Positions 17,743 to 28,288 of a DNA stretch of 64,000 nucleotides are shown in pieces (position 1 is the first letter of the stretch; every line of letters begins with the position of its first letter). The stretch is taken from positions 34,183-98,182 of the IMG/VR virus record IMGVR_UViG_3300010388_000228. One strand, given 5' to 3'. This DNA comes from a virus. The notes beneath the pieces were generated by a model. That model searched no databases and was not told where the DNA came from. It saw nothing but the letters and a program-made list of their open reading frames with translations. Position numbers and translations under genes: made by a program.

Positions 17743-18399
17743 TTATGAACCAACAACTGTACTAAAATCAGCCATAGTTGATCTAGTAGTGTCTTCGTAT
17801 CCAATACCAGCACTTTCTCCGCCAACAACTTGTACGCAGTTATCAGGTTGAATTGAAAGATCAATTGTCATAAACCCAGCATCAGCGTATGTTAATGCGT
17901 TGTAAGTTGATGAAACTAAGTAACAACCGTAGCACATCCATGTTTCTAATATCGATGAACTGTCATCAAACGACTTGTTGTTTGCACCGTCTAGCATTTC
18001 AACTTTCATTTTAAACTTATATGAACCTGCAGCAGCAGCTGAACTTTGTTCAAAGAAGTCAAATTGTTTCTGATTTTGCTCACCGACAAGTTGATTTACA
18101 ACGTTAGTTTGATCATCACGTATTTTAACACTAATTGCTCCCCATTTAGGTTTCCCTGCATAGTGAATAATACTGTTATATACGTCAATTGTTTTATCAT
18201 CAAATGTTAGCGTAGGTCTAGAAGCTTCTGATACTTGACGAGTTAATTCAGTAAGTTTACCAGTACTAGATTCAGCACCAAAGCCTTCAAATGTTATTCT
18301 AAAACGATATTTTAATTTAGGCATTAACAACGAAGAGTTGCCAAGATCGCCCATTTCAGTTGGTACTGACATATTAATTAATGATGAAATTGCAGCCAT
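17743..18399 (-). CDS. Tail tube protein (T4 gp19-like)
   Basis: PKLKYRFR, .SRP.L.F, YAGKP.W..I...RDD and ETW...GC motifs; directly after the sheath gene. Confidence 0.85.
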   Translation of the reverse strand: MAAISSLINMSVPTEMGDLGNSSLLMPKLKYRFRITFEGFGAESSTGKLTELTRQVSEASRPTLTFDDKTIDVYNSIIHYAGKPKWGAISVKIRDDQTNVVNQLVGEQNQKQFDFFEQSSAAAAGSYKFKMKVEMLDGANNKSFDDSSSILETWMCYGCYLVSSTYNALTYADAGFMTIDLSIQPDNCVQVVGGESAGIGYEDTTRSTMADFSTVVGS

Positions 18400-18400
18400 T

Positions 18401-21400
18401 TTATTTTGCTCCTAATGTTTTAACTTCGCCGGTGTTTAATAAACGCAACGGGATGTAAATAAATTCTACAGCTTTAGTTGGTTCAATTGCAACATCTAAA
18501 TATACTTCACTGTTATCTATTCTTGCAGGTGTATTATTGGTAGTATCACATACTACTACAAAATCGTATAATGCACGTTGGCCTACAAGCTCCATTAACA
18601 TGTTTTCAGCAGCATGTTTAATTTGACTACGTGTAGCGGTATCGTTTGGTTGGAACAAATACGGTCTTGCAAGTTTTGCAAACTGTCTACGTAATTGAAT
18701 AACTAAACGAGCAACGTTAATGCGATCTAATGAACTAGAAACTGATGAACGAGTGTATTGTCCAAAGTTAACAATTCCTGATCCAATAATTGTAGCAATT
18801 GCATTAACTTTAATTTTTGCTAATGTATCACGTTGTCCAGGATTTAACGATACTGTTACAAACTCACCTGATGTATTAACATATCCTACAGATGATGCAT
18901 TGTTAATAACACCTCTTGAAGTTCCAGCTGGAGCAAACCAAGGATGACTTGCAGCATCGCTTAATGCAATAGTGCGAAGCATCATAGTACTTGGAGGAAT
19001 AACAATGTTATTTCCGCTGTTGTCACTTGATAATCCCCATGGATAAAAGAATGCTAAGTATGGATCAGATGTAGTTAAACCGTTGTCATTATCTTCAATA
19101 GCACCTTTAATGTTTGAACCCCAATTTTCTAATGAGGTTGCATCTGGTGTTAATCTTGCAGGAGTATCAGCTACAACAAACGCAGTAATGCCGTTGTCAT
19201 AATTTAAAATTTTCATTTCGCCAACAAGTTCAGGATATCCAGGACATGCAATCAAATTAAATTCTCTAACTTCTGTTTCACGAATTTGAAGATTTGAATT
19301 AACAACTGCTTGCAATGCCTGAACGACTACCCCGCGTTGTGCTAAACGACCAAATGCGCCTGCACCATTTGACAAGTTAGCAGCAGCAGTTACCCAACGA
19401 TGTGGATGATAATATGCCATTGATTCGTCGCTAAATCTTAAGTTAAGATTGTTCAAATTAACATAATTTTTATGTAATTTTTTAACATTGTTTCCACTTC
19501 TACGCAAGTTCCATAACATCATGCCTTCTGGATATAACGCAGGATCCGGAGCATCAAAGTCTACAAAGTCAGCTGCATCAAGTTCTGCTTGTGAGTATTC
19601 ATCAAGTGTACCACCTAACAACGAAATAATTGAAGCAGCTTCACTGTCGGTACCACTAGTACTCCATCTTGCGTCAGCAAAGATAATACCTTCACTAGTA
19701 ACTTGGTCAGTAATGTCAACTCTTTCCCATTTTTTATCAAAGTTAATATATTTGTATAATGATGGGTAATTTTCAGTATCCGAAGTATCAATCCACAAAT
19801 CACCTTCTTTTAAATCAGAAACACCATCGTTTTGTGTAGTTGGTTTAGAAGCAGAAACAATTGGTCCAAGTGGATCAGTTGCGCCGCGATTATTACCGTG
19901 ATCTACGTTACGATATGCTCTCCATTTATGATTACTGTTAACCATAATGTCAATTTCGTCAACACTTGGGTTATACCATAACAAGCCATCATCTGCTGCA
20001 CCGGTTACTTCGGTTTCGCTTGGAGTAATAAATGAATGAATTCTATCATTTGTATATTCAGTCCATAATGTTGCAATGTAATGTGTAGTAAGAGGGTTTG
20101 GAGGAGTTGATGTATCATAAGTATCTGCAATTAAATAATTTGCATTATGATAGAAATTATCAGTTTTAGATGGATCAAACAATTTAGTTAACGGTTGTCC
20201 AATTAAATCTACAAACTCAATATCGCCGCCGCGTGCGTGTGAAATTACAATTCTGTTTCCAGTACGTGATGCATGAACCGATGTACCGTTTCTGCTGTTA
20301 ATTGCAGTTAAGATACTTTGAATAACTTCATCAATTTTTTGTGAGTCAGGAGTTGACGGTGGAAACGTAGGAATATCAAAAGAGATCGGTGCAGTTACTG
20401 ATAACGCAGCTGCTCCAGCAACACTTTCTTGAAGTGAAAATGTATACGTGCCAGATGCAAACGTATCAGTTTTAATTACTGCAGAAGTGATTGAAGTAGC
20501 AATTACATCTTTACGACGATATACTTTAAATGTTGCATAAGTAGTAGCTGATTCTGAATCGTTATATTTAACGTATACTGTATTTCCAGCTAACCCAATA
20601 CCGCCACCTGTTGGATCTAATGCAGCTAAAGCAGATGAACCGTTTGGATACAACGGAGCTGATTTAGTAACCCAAGAAGCTGACGCAGTTTCGTATTTTT
20701 GAACTACCCAATTTGCACCATTGTTTACAGAGTTTGTTTTAATCCATAGCGACCCTGTTGGTACTCCAATAAAGGTATCTGGATTTTCTTTACGTTTGTA
20801 AGTTGGTACATGCGTAGACGACGAAATTGTCAATTTTGGTGCAATATAATTTGTTTGAGTAGTTGGAATCGAAATTCCAAGTTTTGTTGTAGTTTGTGCA
20901 AGAGAATTAGCAAAGTCTACATCAATACCTGTCGAATAAATTACTAATGCGTTGTTAACTACTGCAGCAGAAATACCAACCATTGAATCGTCTGTTGAAT
21001 CATTGATTAGATTTACTAATCCTTCATTCACATCATCACTTACTAATGCAGTAAATCCTGTAAATACCACACCATTAATAGTTAATGAATCTGCACTATT
21101 TGTACCAGACGGTGCATCATACCACACAGTAGTTGATGGTACAGTAGAACCTTGTACAGTAGGGATACTTCCTTTCCATTCAGGTGATCCAACTAATACC
21201 CAATTACTAGTAACTGGTGATTTATACCAAAGTGAAATAAGACTAGTTACTGCAGTGATTGCGTATGACCCAACTACTCCATAACTTGACAGTGGTGCAA
21301 AAGAGGGATCTACTAATGTTACGTCAGTAATTATAGACGGTGTAATACTTTTAAATTTTTGGCCTTGTGCTGTACTTGCAGATGCTGAATCCCATTCAGA

Positions 21401-21850
21401 AATACCCCAATGTGAAGCAATAGTGTTTAACCAAAAGGTGTTGTTTGCAGGTTTACCTGCAGGTTCTGTAGAAAGAGGTTTTAGTTGATCTAAATCAACA
21501 TCTGCACGTAGTACATAAGCAGCACTGCTTACTCCTAAGAAACTATATGCAGCATGTAAACCATATTCATTTTGTTCACCAGCATTAACTGGAGTGTTAC
21601 TCGCATCGGTTTTAAACACTGGTTGACCGAATGTGTCTGTTAATTCTTTTTGGCTAGTAATTTTAAATACTTGGCCATATTTGCTAGATGTTTTTAATGT
21701 CCCTGGAGCAATTCCAGTTTTAGAGCCATTTAATTTGTTCGCAGCAGTAGCGATAAAAATTAATGGTACTGTACCAGGAGCCGATGAAGTGTAGAAACTA
21801 TCGTCCGTTACCGATACACTTACGCCTGGTGAACTAAGTTGTTGAGCCAT
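18401..21850 (-). CDS. Tail sheath protein (T4 gp18-like), enlarged
   Basis: SPGVSV N-terminus; C-terminal PWFAPAG..RG, RDTL...VN.I, DRINV.RL, VCD..NNTP..ID and P.K.VEFIYI; TATAAATA (21883-21890) and GGAG upstream. Confidence 0.93.
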   Translation of the reverse strand: MAQQLSSPGVSVSVTDDSFYTSSAPGTVPLIFIATAANKLNGSKTGIAPGTLKTSSKYGQVFKITSQKELTDTFGQPVFKTDASNTPVNAGEQNEYGLHAAYSFLGVSSAAYVLRADVDLDQLKPLSTEPAGKPANNTFWLNTIASHWGISEWDSASASTAQGQKFKSITPSIITDVTLVDPSFAPLSSYGVVGSYAITAVTSLISLWYKSPVTSNWVLVGSPEWKGSIPTVQGSTVPSTTVWYDAPSGTNSADSLTINGVVFTGFTALVSDDVNEGLVNLINDSTDDSMVGISAAVVNNALVIYSTGIDVDFANSLAQTTTKLGISIPTTQTNYIAPKLTISSSTHVPTYKRKENPDTFIGVPTGSLWIKTNSVNNGANWVVQKYETASASWVTKSAPLYPNGSSALAALDPTGGGIGLAGNTVYVKYNDSESATTYATFKVYRRKDVIATSITSAVIKTDTFASGTYTFSLQESVAGAAALSVTAPISFDIPTFPPSTPDSQKIDEVIQSILTAINSRNGTSVHASRTGNRIVISHARGGDIEFVDLIGQPLTKLFDPSKTDNFYHNANYLIADTYDTSTPPNPLTTHYIATLWTEYTNDRIHSFITPSETEVTGAADDGLLWYNPSVDEIDIMVNSNHKWRAYRNVDHGNNRGATDPLGPIVSASKPTTQNDGVSDLKEGDLWIDTSDTENYPSLYKYINFDKKWERVDITDQVTSEGIIFADARWSTSGTDSEAASIISLLGGTLDEYSQAELDAADFVDFDAPDPALYPEGMMLWNLRRSGNNVKKLHKNYVNLNNLNLRFSDESMAYYHPHRWVTAAANLSNGAGAFGRLAQRGVVVQALQAVVNSNLQIRETEVREFNLIACPGYPELVGEMKILNYDNGITAFVVADTPARLTPDATSLENWGSNIKGAIEDNDNGLTTSDPYLAFFYPWGLSSDNSGNNIVIPPSTMMLRTIALSDAASHPWFAPAGTSRGVINNASSVGYVNTSGEFVTVSLNPGQRDTLAKIKVNAIATIIGSGIVNFGQYTRSSVSSSLDRINVARLVIQLRRQFAKLARPYLFQPNDTATRSQIKHAAENMLMELVGQRALYDFVVVCDTTNNTPARIDNSEVYLDVAIEPTKAVEFIYIPLRLLNTGEVKTLGAK

Positions 21851-21911
21851 ATTATAATCTCCATATATACAAGTTCTAACTGTATTTATAGGAAATTGTC
21901 AAATTATGGCC

Positions 21912-22529
21912 TTATATATTAACTATTTCTGTTACTTTTGAATATAACGATTCAAGTGTACCGTTGTTATCAATTGTATGATCTACTACTAAACCATACC
22001 ATGCCCACTCACTCTCGTGTATTCCAAACTCTTTTAACATTAAGATATCTTCTATGTTGTTAGCTAATGCACCGGTAACATATTGATGCCATTCTGGGTT
22101 AGGCCCGCGTTTTACACGAAGCATTATACCACCTAATTTTTTAATAGTTTCAAACTCATTTGGAAATCTGCAATCACTTATAACAACATTAGTACCTACA
22201 TTTCTTAACTTATTTTCTAAACTAGCAATCCATATATCGTCATGAAAACTTCTTCTACATACTTCTGTACCCCATTGCTGCAATACATACCGAGGAGTTA
22301 AGTTTGGGATATTTAACTTATCTGCCCACCATTGATCAACTTGTTCACGCCATTCCCTAGACTCTTTAGTTTGTCCTTCAAGCATTGATCTATCCCATCC
22401 AAATACTGCAGCAACTGCATCTTTTAATGTGCCTGCAAAACTTTCACGTTTAAAGTTATGTTCATTTACTAAGTAATCTGCGATAGTATCTTTGCCTTCG
22501 CCTATATTTCCTACAATACCGATTATCAT
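21912..22529 (-). CDS. Deoxynucleoside monophosphate kinase (T4 gp1-like)
   Basis: IIGI.G..G.GKDT, SFA..LK, TPR..LQ..GTE..R, ISD.RF.NE and HESE motifs. Confidence 0.9.
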   Translation of the reverse strand: MIIGIVGNIGEGKDTIADYLVNEHNFKRESFAGTLKDAVAAVFGWDRSMLEGQTKESREWREQVDQWWADKLNIPNLTPRYVLQQWGTEVCRRSFHDDIWIASLENKLRNVGTNVVISDCRFPNEFETIKKLGGIMLRVKRGPNPEWHQYVTGALANNIEDILMLKEFGIHESEWAWYGLVVDHTIDNNGTLESLYSKVTEIVNI

Positions 22530-22548
22530 ATTATTCTCCTAAAATTGT

Positions 22549-22577
22549 ATTATACACTAATTTTAGAAAAATGTCAA
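22549..22577 (-). promoter_or_regulatory. Consensus sigma70 (early) promoter for dNMP kinase
   Basis: Minus strand reads TTGACA-N17-TATAAT, followed by AGGAG and ATG. Confidence 0.85.
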
Positions 22578-22579
22578 TA

Positions 22580-23350
22580 CTAACCTATGATAAACGAATA
22601 GCCAGTTCCTCCGGAAATTTGTGTTTCAAGTTCTTTGTCAAGTGCAACTAATTCTTCTTTACCTGCAGTTTTTAAATCGTTGCCATTAAGTGTAATGCCG
22701 CCGCCTGGTCCTGCAATAGTCGAAAACAAACTACGTGCTTCTCCTAACATAATTTTACAAGTAGCTAGTGTATAATCACGTAACCACTGTTTAGCATATA
22801 TATCAGATAACAACACAAAATCAGGTCGAAAGTTATGTGACTTAATTAAAATCTGTTCACCTTGTGCAAACGGACGTTGTAAAATTGTTAGTACGTGACT
22901 AGTTGGTTTCCATTTAAATTCGATATAACTACCAAACATCTTACCGACTAATTTTTGATATCCTGAAAATAATTCATATGTAGCAAGTCCGCCCATCATA
23001 CTTCCACTCATCATGTATGTGTTAGTATATGCTAAGTTAAATGGTTCAAATAATGTACCACCTGCTCCTATTCCAGAACGTGAGCCAATTGCACGTCTAA
23101 AAACACTTTGTACTTCAATAATTTCATCAGGCAACCGGTAATCGTTTTGATCTTGTACTAGTTCTAAAAAGCTATAGCTTTCTTCTACTGAATTTGGACT
23201 ACGTTGTCTAAAGCGGTTTAATGCTCTGTCCAATGCAGTTTCGTAATGAATAGGATCTAAATCTAGATCAATCATCTGATCACCAAGCATAGCTTTAACG
23301 TAATCAAATACTTTGTTTCTTTCTATCAATGATGTTGTTTCGTCAGACAT
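22580..23350 (-). CDS. Neck protein (T4 gp13-like)
   Basis: Likely start MSDETT at 23350 after AGGAG. LG...ID..LD, W...Y.LA..K..LG..R..F..I.GP.GG..LNG and C-terminal F.IG. Confidence 0.85.
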   Translation of the reverse strand: MSDETTSLIERNKVFDYVKAMLGDQMIDLDLDPIHYETALDRALNRFRQRSPNSVEESYSFLELVQDQNDYRLPDEIIEVQSVFRRAIGSRSGIGAGGTLFEPFNLAYTNTYMMSGSMMGGLATYELFSGYQKLVGKMFGSYIEFKWKPTSHVLTILQRPFAQGEQILIKSHNFRPDFVLLSDIYAKQWLRDYTLATCKIMLGEARSLFSTIAGPGGGITLNGNDLKTAGKEELVALDKELETQISGGTGYSFIIG

Positions 23351-23365
23351 AATAGTTCTCCTACT

Positions 23366-23387
23366 ATATTTATCGTAAGATAAATAT
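23366..23387. promoter_or_regulatory. Back-to-back late promoters (GATAAATA on both strands)
   Basis: ATATTTATC-gtaa-GATAAATAT palindrome between divergent gp13 and gp14, each followed by an AGGAG RBS. Confidence 0.75.
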
Positions 23388-23411
23388 GATAACACCCAAG
23401 GAGAACACTAA

Positions 23412-24845
23412 ATGCCTAGACTTTCACTTTATCATCCTGAGAAAGGCAACAACTACAGATTTATCGATCGCCAAATATCACGGATGTTTCAAGTCGGATG
23501 CACTGACGTACATTTGCATAAGTACCTTGGTCCTAAGATACAAGAAGAAGGAACTGCCGATCAACCAGTCTATCAAAATATTTCTGAAATTAATATACAA
23601 GATCTATTATTTTTAGAAAACCGAGATCGCAAATACGAATCAGAAGTATATCGTCTTAGAGGCCATTATCAAGTTCAAAATCTTGATTTTAATTTAAGTC
23701 AATTTGGTTTATTCATTGACAACGATACTGTAATTATGACAGTACATATTAATGATTTTATCGAAGCAATTGGCCGTAAGCCACTAGACGGTGATGTAAT
23801 CGAATTGCCTCACTTACGTGATGATTTTTCATTAAATGATTATGATGTTAGTGTTCCTCGATTTTTTGTTGTTGAAGATGTTGGTCGTGCTAGTGAAGGT
23901 TACAGCGCAACATGGTATCCTCATTTATACAGATTAAAACTTAAAAAAATCGCAGACAGCCAACAATATTCTGACATTCTTGATCAACCAGCAAGTGAAG
24001 ACTCTCCATTTGCACTACGTGATTTATTAAGTACTCGCAAACGAGAATTAGAAATAAACGATGCAATCGTTGCGCAAGCAGAAAGCGATGCACCAATGTG
24101 CGGTTATGAAACTCGACAATTTTATACATTAGCAATTGATCCTACTACCGGTAGAACAGATCTAATTACAGTCGATTCTGATGTTTATACTGCAAATTAC
24201 CAAAGCCAACTCATAAATGGTGAATCTAATATTAACGCAAGCAGCCTTAATGCAGTACCGTTAAGAACAGGTTATACTGGATATTTAGTAGGTGACGGTT
24301 ATCCGTTTAACGGGTACGTATTTGGACAAGGAATTGAGTTTCCAGTAAACGTTGCAAAAGATGACTTCTTCTTAAGACTTGATTTTGTTCCAAATCGATT
24401 ATTTAGATACGACGGCCGCAAATGGCACAAGGTAGAAGACGCTATTAGAACAACACTAACTAATACCGATACTCGATTTACTAGACGAGTTAGCTTTATT
24501 AACAATAGTAACTTTACTTACAACGACGAAGTTGCAACTGATTATGTTAGAGTTAGTAATGAATTTACTGTAATTGATACCGACATTAACTTTAGTATAA
24601 CTGCACCGTATATTGTACTTACATACGAAACTAACAGATTAGAATTTGTTATTGCTGATTTTGATAATTTATTAGAAGAATATGATGTTAACGGTATTAG
24701 TAAAATTAGAGTTAACTTACCAATAGTTGATAATTCTCAAGTTAAAATACCATATACAGGTGTATGGAGAATTAGCTTATTTACATATAGAGAAGCTCAA
24801 AGACAAGGTATTTCAAAAGTACTTAAACCCCGTGCTGATTTTTAA
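23412..24845 (+). CDS. Neck / head-closure protein (T4 gp14-like) with C-terminal extension
   Basis: LSQFGLFI...., GRKP..GDVIELP, F.V.DV and W.PHLYRL motifs; precedes the gp15-like gene. Confidence 0.7.
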   Translation: MPRLSLYHPEKGNNYRFIDRQISRMFQVGCTDVHLHKYLGPKIQEEGTADQPVYQNISEINIQDLLFLENRDRKYESEVYRLRGHYQVQNLDFNLSQFGLFIDNDTVIMTVHINDFIEAIGRKPLDGDVIELPHLRDDFSLNDYDVSVPRFFVVEDVGRASEGYSATWYPHLYRLKLKKIADSQQYSDILDQPASEDSPFALRDLLSTRKRELEINDAIVAQAESDAPMCGYETRQFYTLAIDPTTGRTDLITVDSDVYTANYQSQLINGESNINASSLNAVPLRTGYTGYLVGDGYPFNGYVFGQGIEFPVNVAKDDFFLRLDFVPNRLFRYDGRKWHKVEDAIRTTLTNTDTRFTRRVSFINNSNFTYNDEVATDYVRVSNEFTVIDTDINFSITAPYIVLTYETNRLEFVIADFDNLLEEYDVNGISKIRVNLPIVDNSQVKIPYTGVWRISLFTYREAQRQGISKVLKPRADF

Positions 24846-24889
24846 TCTCATAAGAAGTGCAGTACTAAATATTGATATAGGAGAAAGTA

Positions 24890-26383
24890 ATGCAACATTT
24901 TTATGACGGTGCTATACGCAAGTATATTACCCAAACAATTAGACTCTTTAGTGAGTTTTCAGTTCGATATGGTGATGGATCTTTGCATCGAGTACCAGTA
25001 GCATACGGTGATGCAGATAGACAGGCAGTAAATATCGTTCGTCAAAACTCAGAAAACGCCCTTAACTCAGTTCCAAAAATAAGTGTATATATTCATACCT
25101 TAGAGTTAGATAAAGATCGATTATCTGATTCATCGTTTGTAAGTAAAGTAGCAGTACGTGAGCGTGATGTACAACCAGATGCATCTGGTAACCTTAAGTA
25201 TACTTCTAATCGAGGAAGAAACTATACTATTGAACGGTTAATGCCAACTCCGTTTAAACTAACATTAAAAGTTGATATATGGACTGCAAATACTGATCAA
25301 AAATTACAGTTAATGGAGCAAATCTTAATGTTGTTTAATCCTAGTTTAGATATTCAGACATCTGACAACTATCTAGATTGGACTAGTTTATCTGTAATTT
25401 ATCTTGAAGGTATTAATTGGACAAGTAAAGCAATTCCTGTCGGTACTGACACTCCTATCGACATTGCAACATTAACGTTTTCTACACCAATATGGATTAG
25501 TCCTCCTGCTAAAGTTAAACAGCTTGGTGTAATTACAAAAATTATTACTGGTATATTTGACGGTAATACTACATTAAGTGAACCAATTTTTGGTTCAGAT
25601 TATTTAGATCCGTTATCAAAATTTACCGATGCAAGTGCAGCACTGTTAACTACTGTGCTTACTATTGTTGAAGATTTTTCAATTGAAGTATCTGATAATC
25701 AAGTAGTATTATTAGATTCGCATTATCACATACCATACGAAGAATCACAGTACGAAACTCCTGAAAGAAACGGGTTAGAAGTGAGTTGGGTTGAAATACT
25801 TGAAAAATATCCTAAAAAATTTATACCTGGTTTTAGCAGAATAATTGTAACGCAATTAGGCGGAATTGAAATTGTAGGTACATTAACAGCAAATCCATTG
25901 AATGAAGCAATAATGGACGTAGTATGGGATGCGGATACTCTAAATCGAAACACGTTAATTGATAGTCAAGGTTATTTAGATTCCGATGTTAATTATTTTA
26001 ATTTGTCAACATGTCTTCGTGCATCGCCTGGAACATTTAATGCAATTATTAACCCGTACACCTTTAATCCGTACGAACAAGGCGAACTTTTAGTTCCAGG
26101 TATTCGATATTTAATTATTGAAGATATTGGTTCTGATATTAATGAAAACGGCGCACTTGCATGGAAAGCAACAAATAATGATGATTTAATTGCACACGCT
26201 AATGATATTATTGAGTGGACCGGTGAGAAATGGAATGTTATTTTTGATTCTCAAACCGAAACTGATACTATTATTTGGCAAACTAACTTAACAGGTGGTA
26301 TTCAGTTTATGTGGAACGGTGTTGTGTGGACTAAAAGTTTTGAAGGGTTTTACAGGACAGGAAAATGGCGATTGGAGTTTTAA
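24890..26383 (+). CDS. Tail terminator / sheath stabiliser (T4 gp15-like) with C-terminal extension
   Basis: FYD..IRKY......LF, VPV.YG, P.PF.L...DIW..N.DQ..Q..EQIL..FNP and WI.PP; ACTAAATA and AGGAG upstream. Confidence 0.8.
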   Translation: MQHFYDGAIRKYITQTIRLFSEFSVRYGDGSLHRVPVAYGDADRQAVNIVRQNSENALNSVPKISVYIHTLELDKDRLSDSSFVSKVAVRERDVQPDASGNLKYTSNRGRNYTIERLMPTPFKLTLKVDIWTANTDQKLQLMEQILMLFNPSLDIQTSDNYLDWTSLSVIYLEGINWTSKAIPVGTDTPIDIATLTFSTPIWISPPAKVKQLGVITKIITGIFDGNTTLSEPIFGSDYLDPLSKFTDASAALLTTVLTIVEDFSIEVSDNQVVLLDSHYHIPYEESQYETPERNGLEVSWVEILEKYPKKFIPGFSRIIVTQLGGIEIVGTLTANPLNEAIMDVVWDADTLNRNTLIDSQGYLDSDVNYFNLSTCLRASPGTFNAIINPYTFNPYEQGELLVPGIRYLIIEDIGSDINENGALAWKATNNDDLIAHANDIIEWTGEKWNVIFDSQTETDTIIWQTNLTGGIQFMWNGVVWTKSFEGFYRTGKWRLEF

Positions 26384-26814
26384 AAGATCAAATTATATGT
26401 AGCGGTGCATTAATCTATTCACAAGCTACACATAGATTCTTACTAATTCAAAAGTCGTCTGGCAAGCATCAAGGTACATGGGGACTAGTAGGTGGAACTA
26501 ATTTAGTTAATGAAAATCCATGGCAAGGGTTAGTTAGAGAAATAGAAGAAGAGATTGGGTTTCTTCCAGACATTAAAAAAACACTACCGTTAGAAAAATT
26601 TGTATCTAACGATAGTGTCTTTAATTTTCATACATATTTTTGTTTAGTTAACAACGAATTTGTGCCAACATTAAGCGATGAACATATTGCCTGGGGTTGG
26701 TTTGATATAACTGTGTTACCTAAACCAATTCATCGTGGCTTAAATCTTAGCTTGCGTAACAAAGTTATTCAAACTAAGATTCAAACATTAATCGATATTA
26801 TTGACTCTTTATAA
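26365..26814 (+). CDS. Nudix hydrolase
   Basis: WGLVGG.....E......REIEEEIG Nudix box and EH....WF. Confidence 0.85.
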   Translation: MAIGVLKDQIICSGALIYSQATHRFLLIQKSSGKHQGTWGLVGGTNLVNENPWQGLVREIEEEIGFLPDIKKTLPLEKFVSNDSVFNFHTYFCLVNNEFVPTLSDEHIAWGWFDITVLPKPIHRGLNLSLRNKVIQTKIQTLIDIIDSL

Positions 26815-28288
26815 CAGAGTCAATCCACTGTTTATGATCTACAGATTGCTGCTCGATATATTTTTTAAGTTCTTTAATTTGTTGCGATGCACTAGCAGCA
26901 TGATCGTATAGCCATCTAGATTTTAAAAAGTTTTCTAAATTATCAGTATTTTTAAATAATCCATACCCATATGCAATGCAATTAAAATCTGCAGACTCAA
27001 ACATGTCTGCAGCAGTTTTATTAAAATTGTAAATAGTTAACGGAGTACTATCAATTAAGGTTATTATATCTTTAATTTCGTCTGGAGTATTATCAGTTAA
27101 ATATTGCCAAAATGAAGAATCTGTTCGGCCAGTATTATAAAAAAATCGTATATATTTAAACGTATTTTTATATATTGTAGTCATTACTGTGTTATAATGA
27201 TTTATTATTTGAGTAGATGTAATACCGTCAAACACCTTTGTAATTAAATCTATTTGTGTAAATGCATGATGTATGTTAGTTGCTTCGAGAGGTTCAACAA
27301 ACCCACTCGACAATCCAATTGCAACACAATTGCCTACCCAATGCTCTGCATTATATCCGCTCTTAAATTTAATAATACGATCAGACGTTAAATTAACATT
27401 GTATTTTTCTTTTAACCATTTATCAAATTCAAATCGAGCCTCGTCATCTGTTGTAAATTTACTGCTATATACATACCCAGTACCATGTCGATTTGATAAC
27501 GGCACATCAAGAATCCACCCATTTTTAGTTGCCTCTGCAGTCGTATATGGCGGGATATAATCAAAATCCTTAAACAGAGGAAACGGTATTGCTCTATCGG
27601 TTGGTAACTGATCAGATAAATCAACCCAATCAACTGCTAAGTGTTTAAACAACACTTGGTCTAACCCGGATGCATCTATAAATAAGTCAGCTGAATATTC
27701 TTGCCTATTTGCTAATTTGATAGAGGTAATAGATCTATTAGTAACATGTACATCGGTGACATTTCCGTCGATAATTGTAATTTTATCTTGAAATACAAAT
27801 TCGACATATTTACTAAGAAGACTTGCATCTACATGTAATGCATGTCGATATGATAAATTGTCAGTTGACGGTAATACGTTATTATTAAAATAAAATTTAC
27901 CATAGGTATAACCAGAATCGTATTGGTTATGTAAAATATCAAATGCGTCTACTGCATTAAAATCAACAAGTACCGGATTAACTAATGATAACGATTCGTT
28001 ATGTGGAAAACTGTGAAACCATTCGCTACCGTCGTGTGTCCAATTTTTAAACTTTAAACCAAGTTTAATCGTTGCATTACAATTTCGAATTAAATCAATT
28101 GTAGAAATACCCACTGTTTTTAAATAATTGTCAAATAGTGGCGTTAGACTCTCGCCTACGCCAATACCAGGTTTACTATGGTCGTATAGCATAGTAACAT
28201 CAGCACGATCTCCCCAGTAAGATTTGAAATAGCTAGCAGCCATAGCACCGGCTGTTCCGCCACCGACTACAATAATTTTAAATGTCAT
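26798..28288 (-). CDS. Flavin-dependent tryptophan-halogenase-like protein 1
   Basis: GGGTAG, IGVGES, ATIKLG (PrnA K79-equivalent Lys), ADLFIDASG, GWILDVPL and GFVEPLEAT. Confidence 0.85.
   Translation of the reverse strand: MTFKIIVVGGGTAGAMAASYFKSYWGDRADVTMLYDHSKPGIGVGESLTPLFDNYLKTVGISTIDLIRNCNATIKLGLKFKNWTHDGSEWFHSFPHNESLSLVNPVLVDFNAVDAFDILHNQYDSGYTYGKFYFNNNVLPSTDNLSYRHALHVDASLLSKYVEFVFQDKITIIDGNVTDVHVTNRSITSIKLANRQEYSADLFIDASGLDQVLFKHLAVDWVDLSDQLPTDRAIPFPLFKDFDYIPPYTTAEATKNGWILDVPLSNRHGTGYVYSSKFTTDDEARFEFDKWLKEKYNVNLTSDRIIKFKSGYNAEHWVGNCVAIGLSSGFVEPLEATNIHHAFTQIDLITKVFDGITSTQIINHYNTVMTTIYKNTFKYIRFFYNTGRTDSSFWQYLTDNTPDEIKDIITLIDSTPLTIYNFNKTAADMFESADFNCIAYGYGLFKNTDNLENFLKSRWLYDHAASASQQIKELKKYIEQQSVDHKQWIDSVIKSQ

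Noticed and set aside
17670-17864. 64-aa ORF overlapping the tail tube end; also 23386-23616
   Set aside because: The first overlaps a real gene and spans a terminator; the second is an alternative frame over the gp14 start. Neither has coding features.
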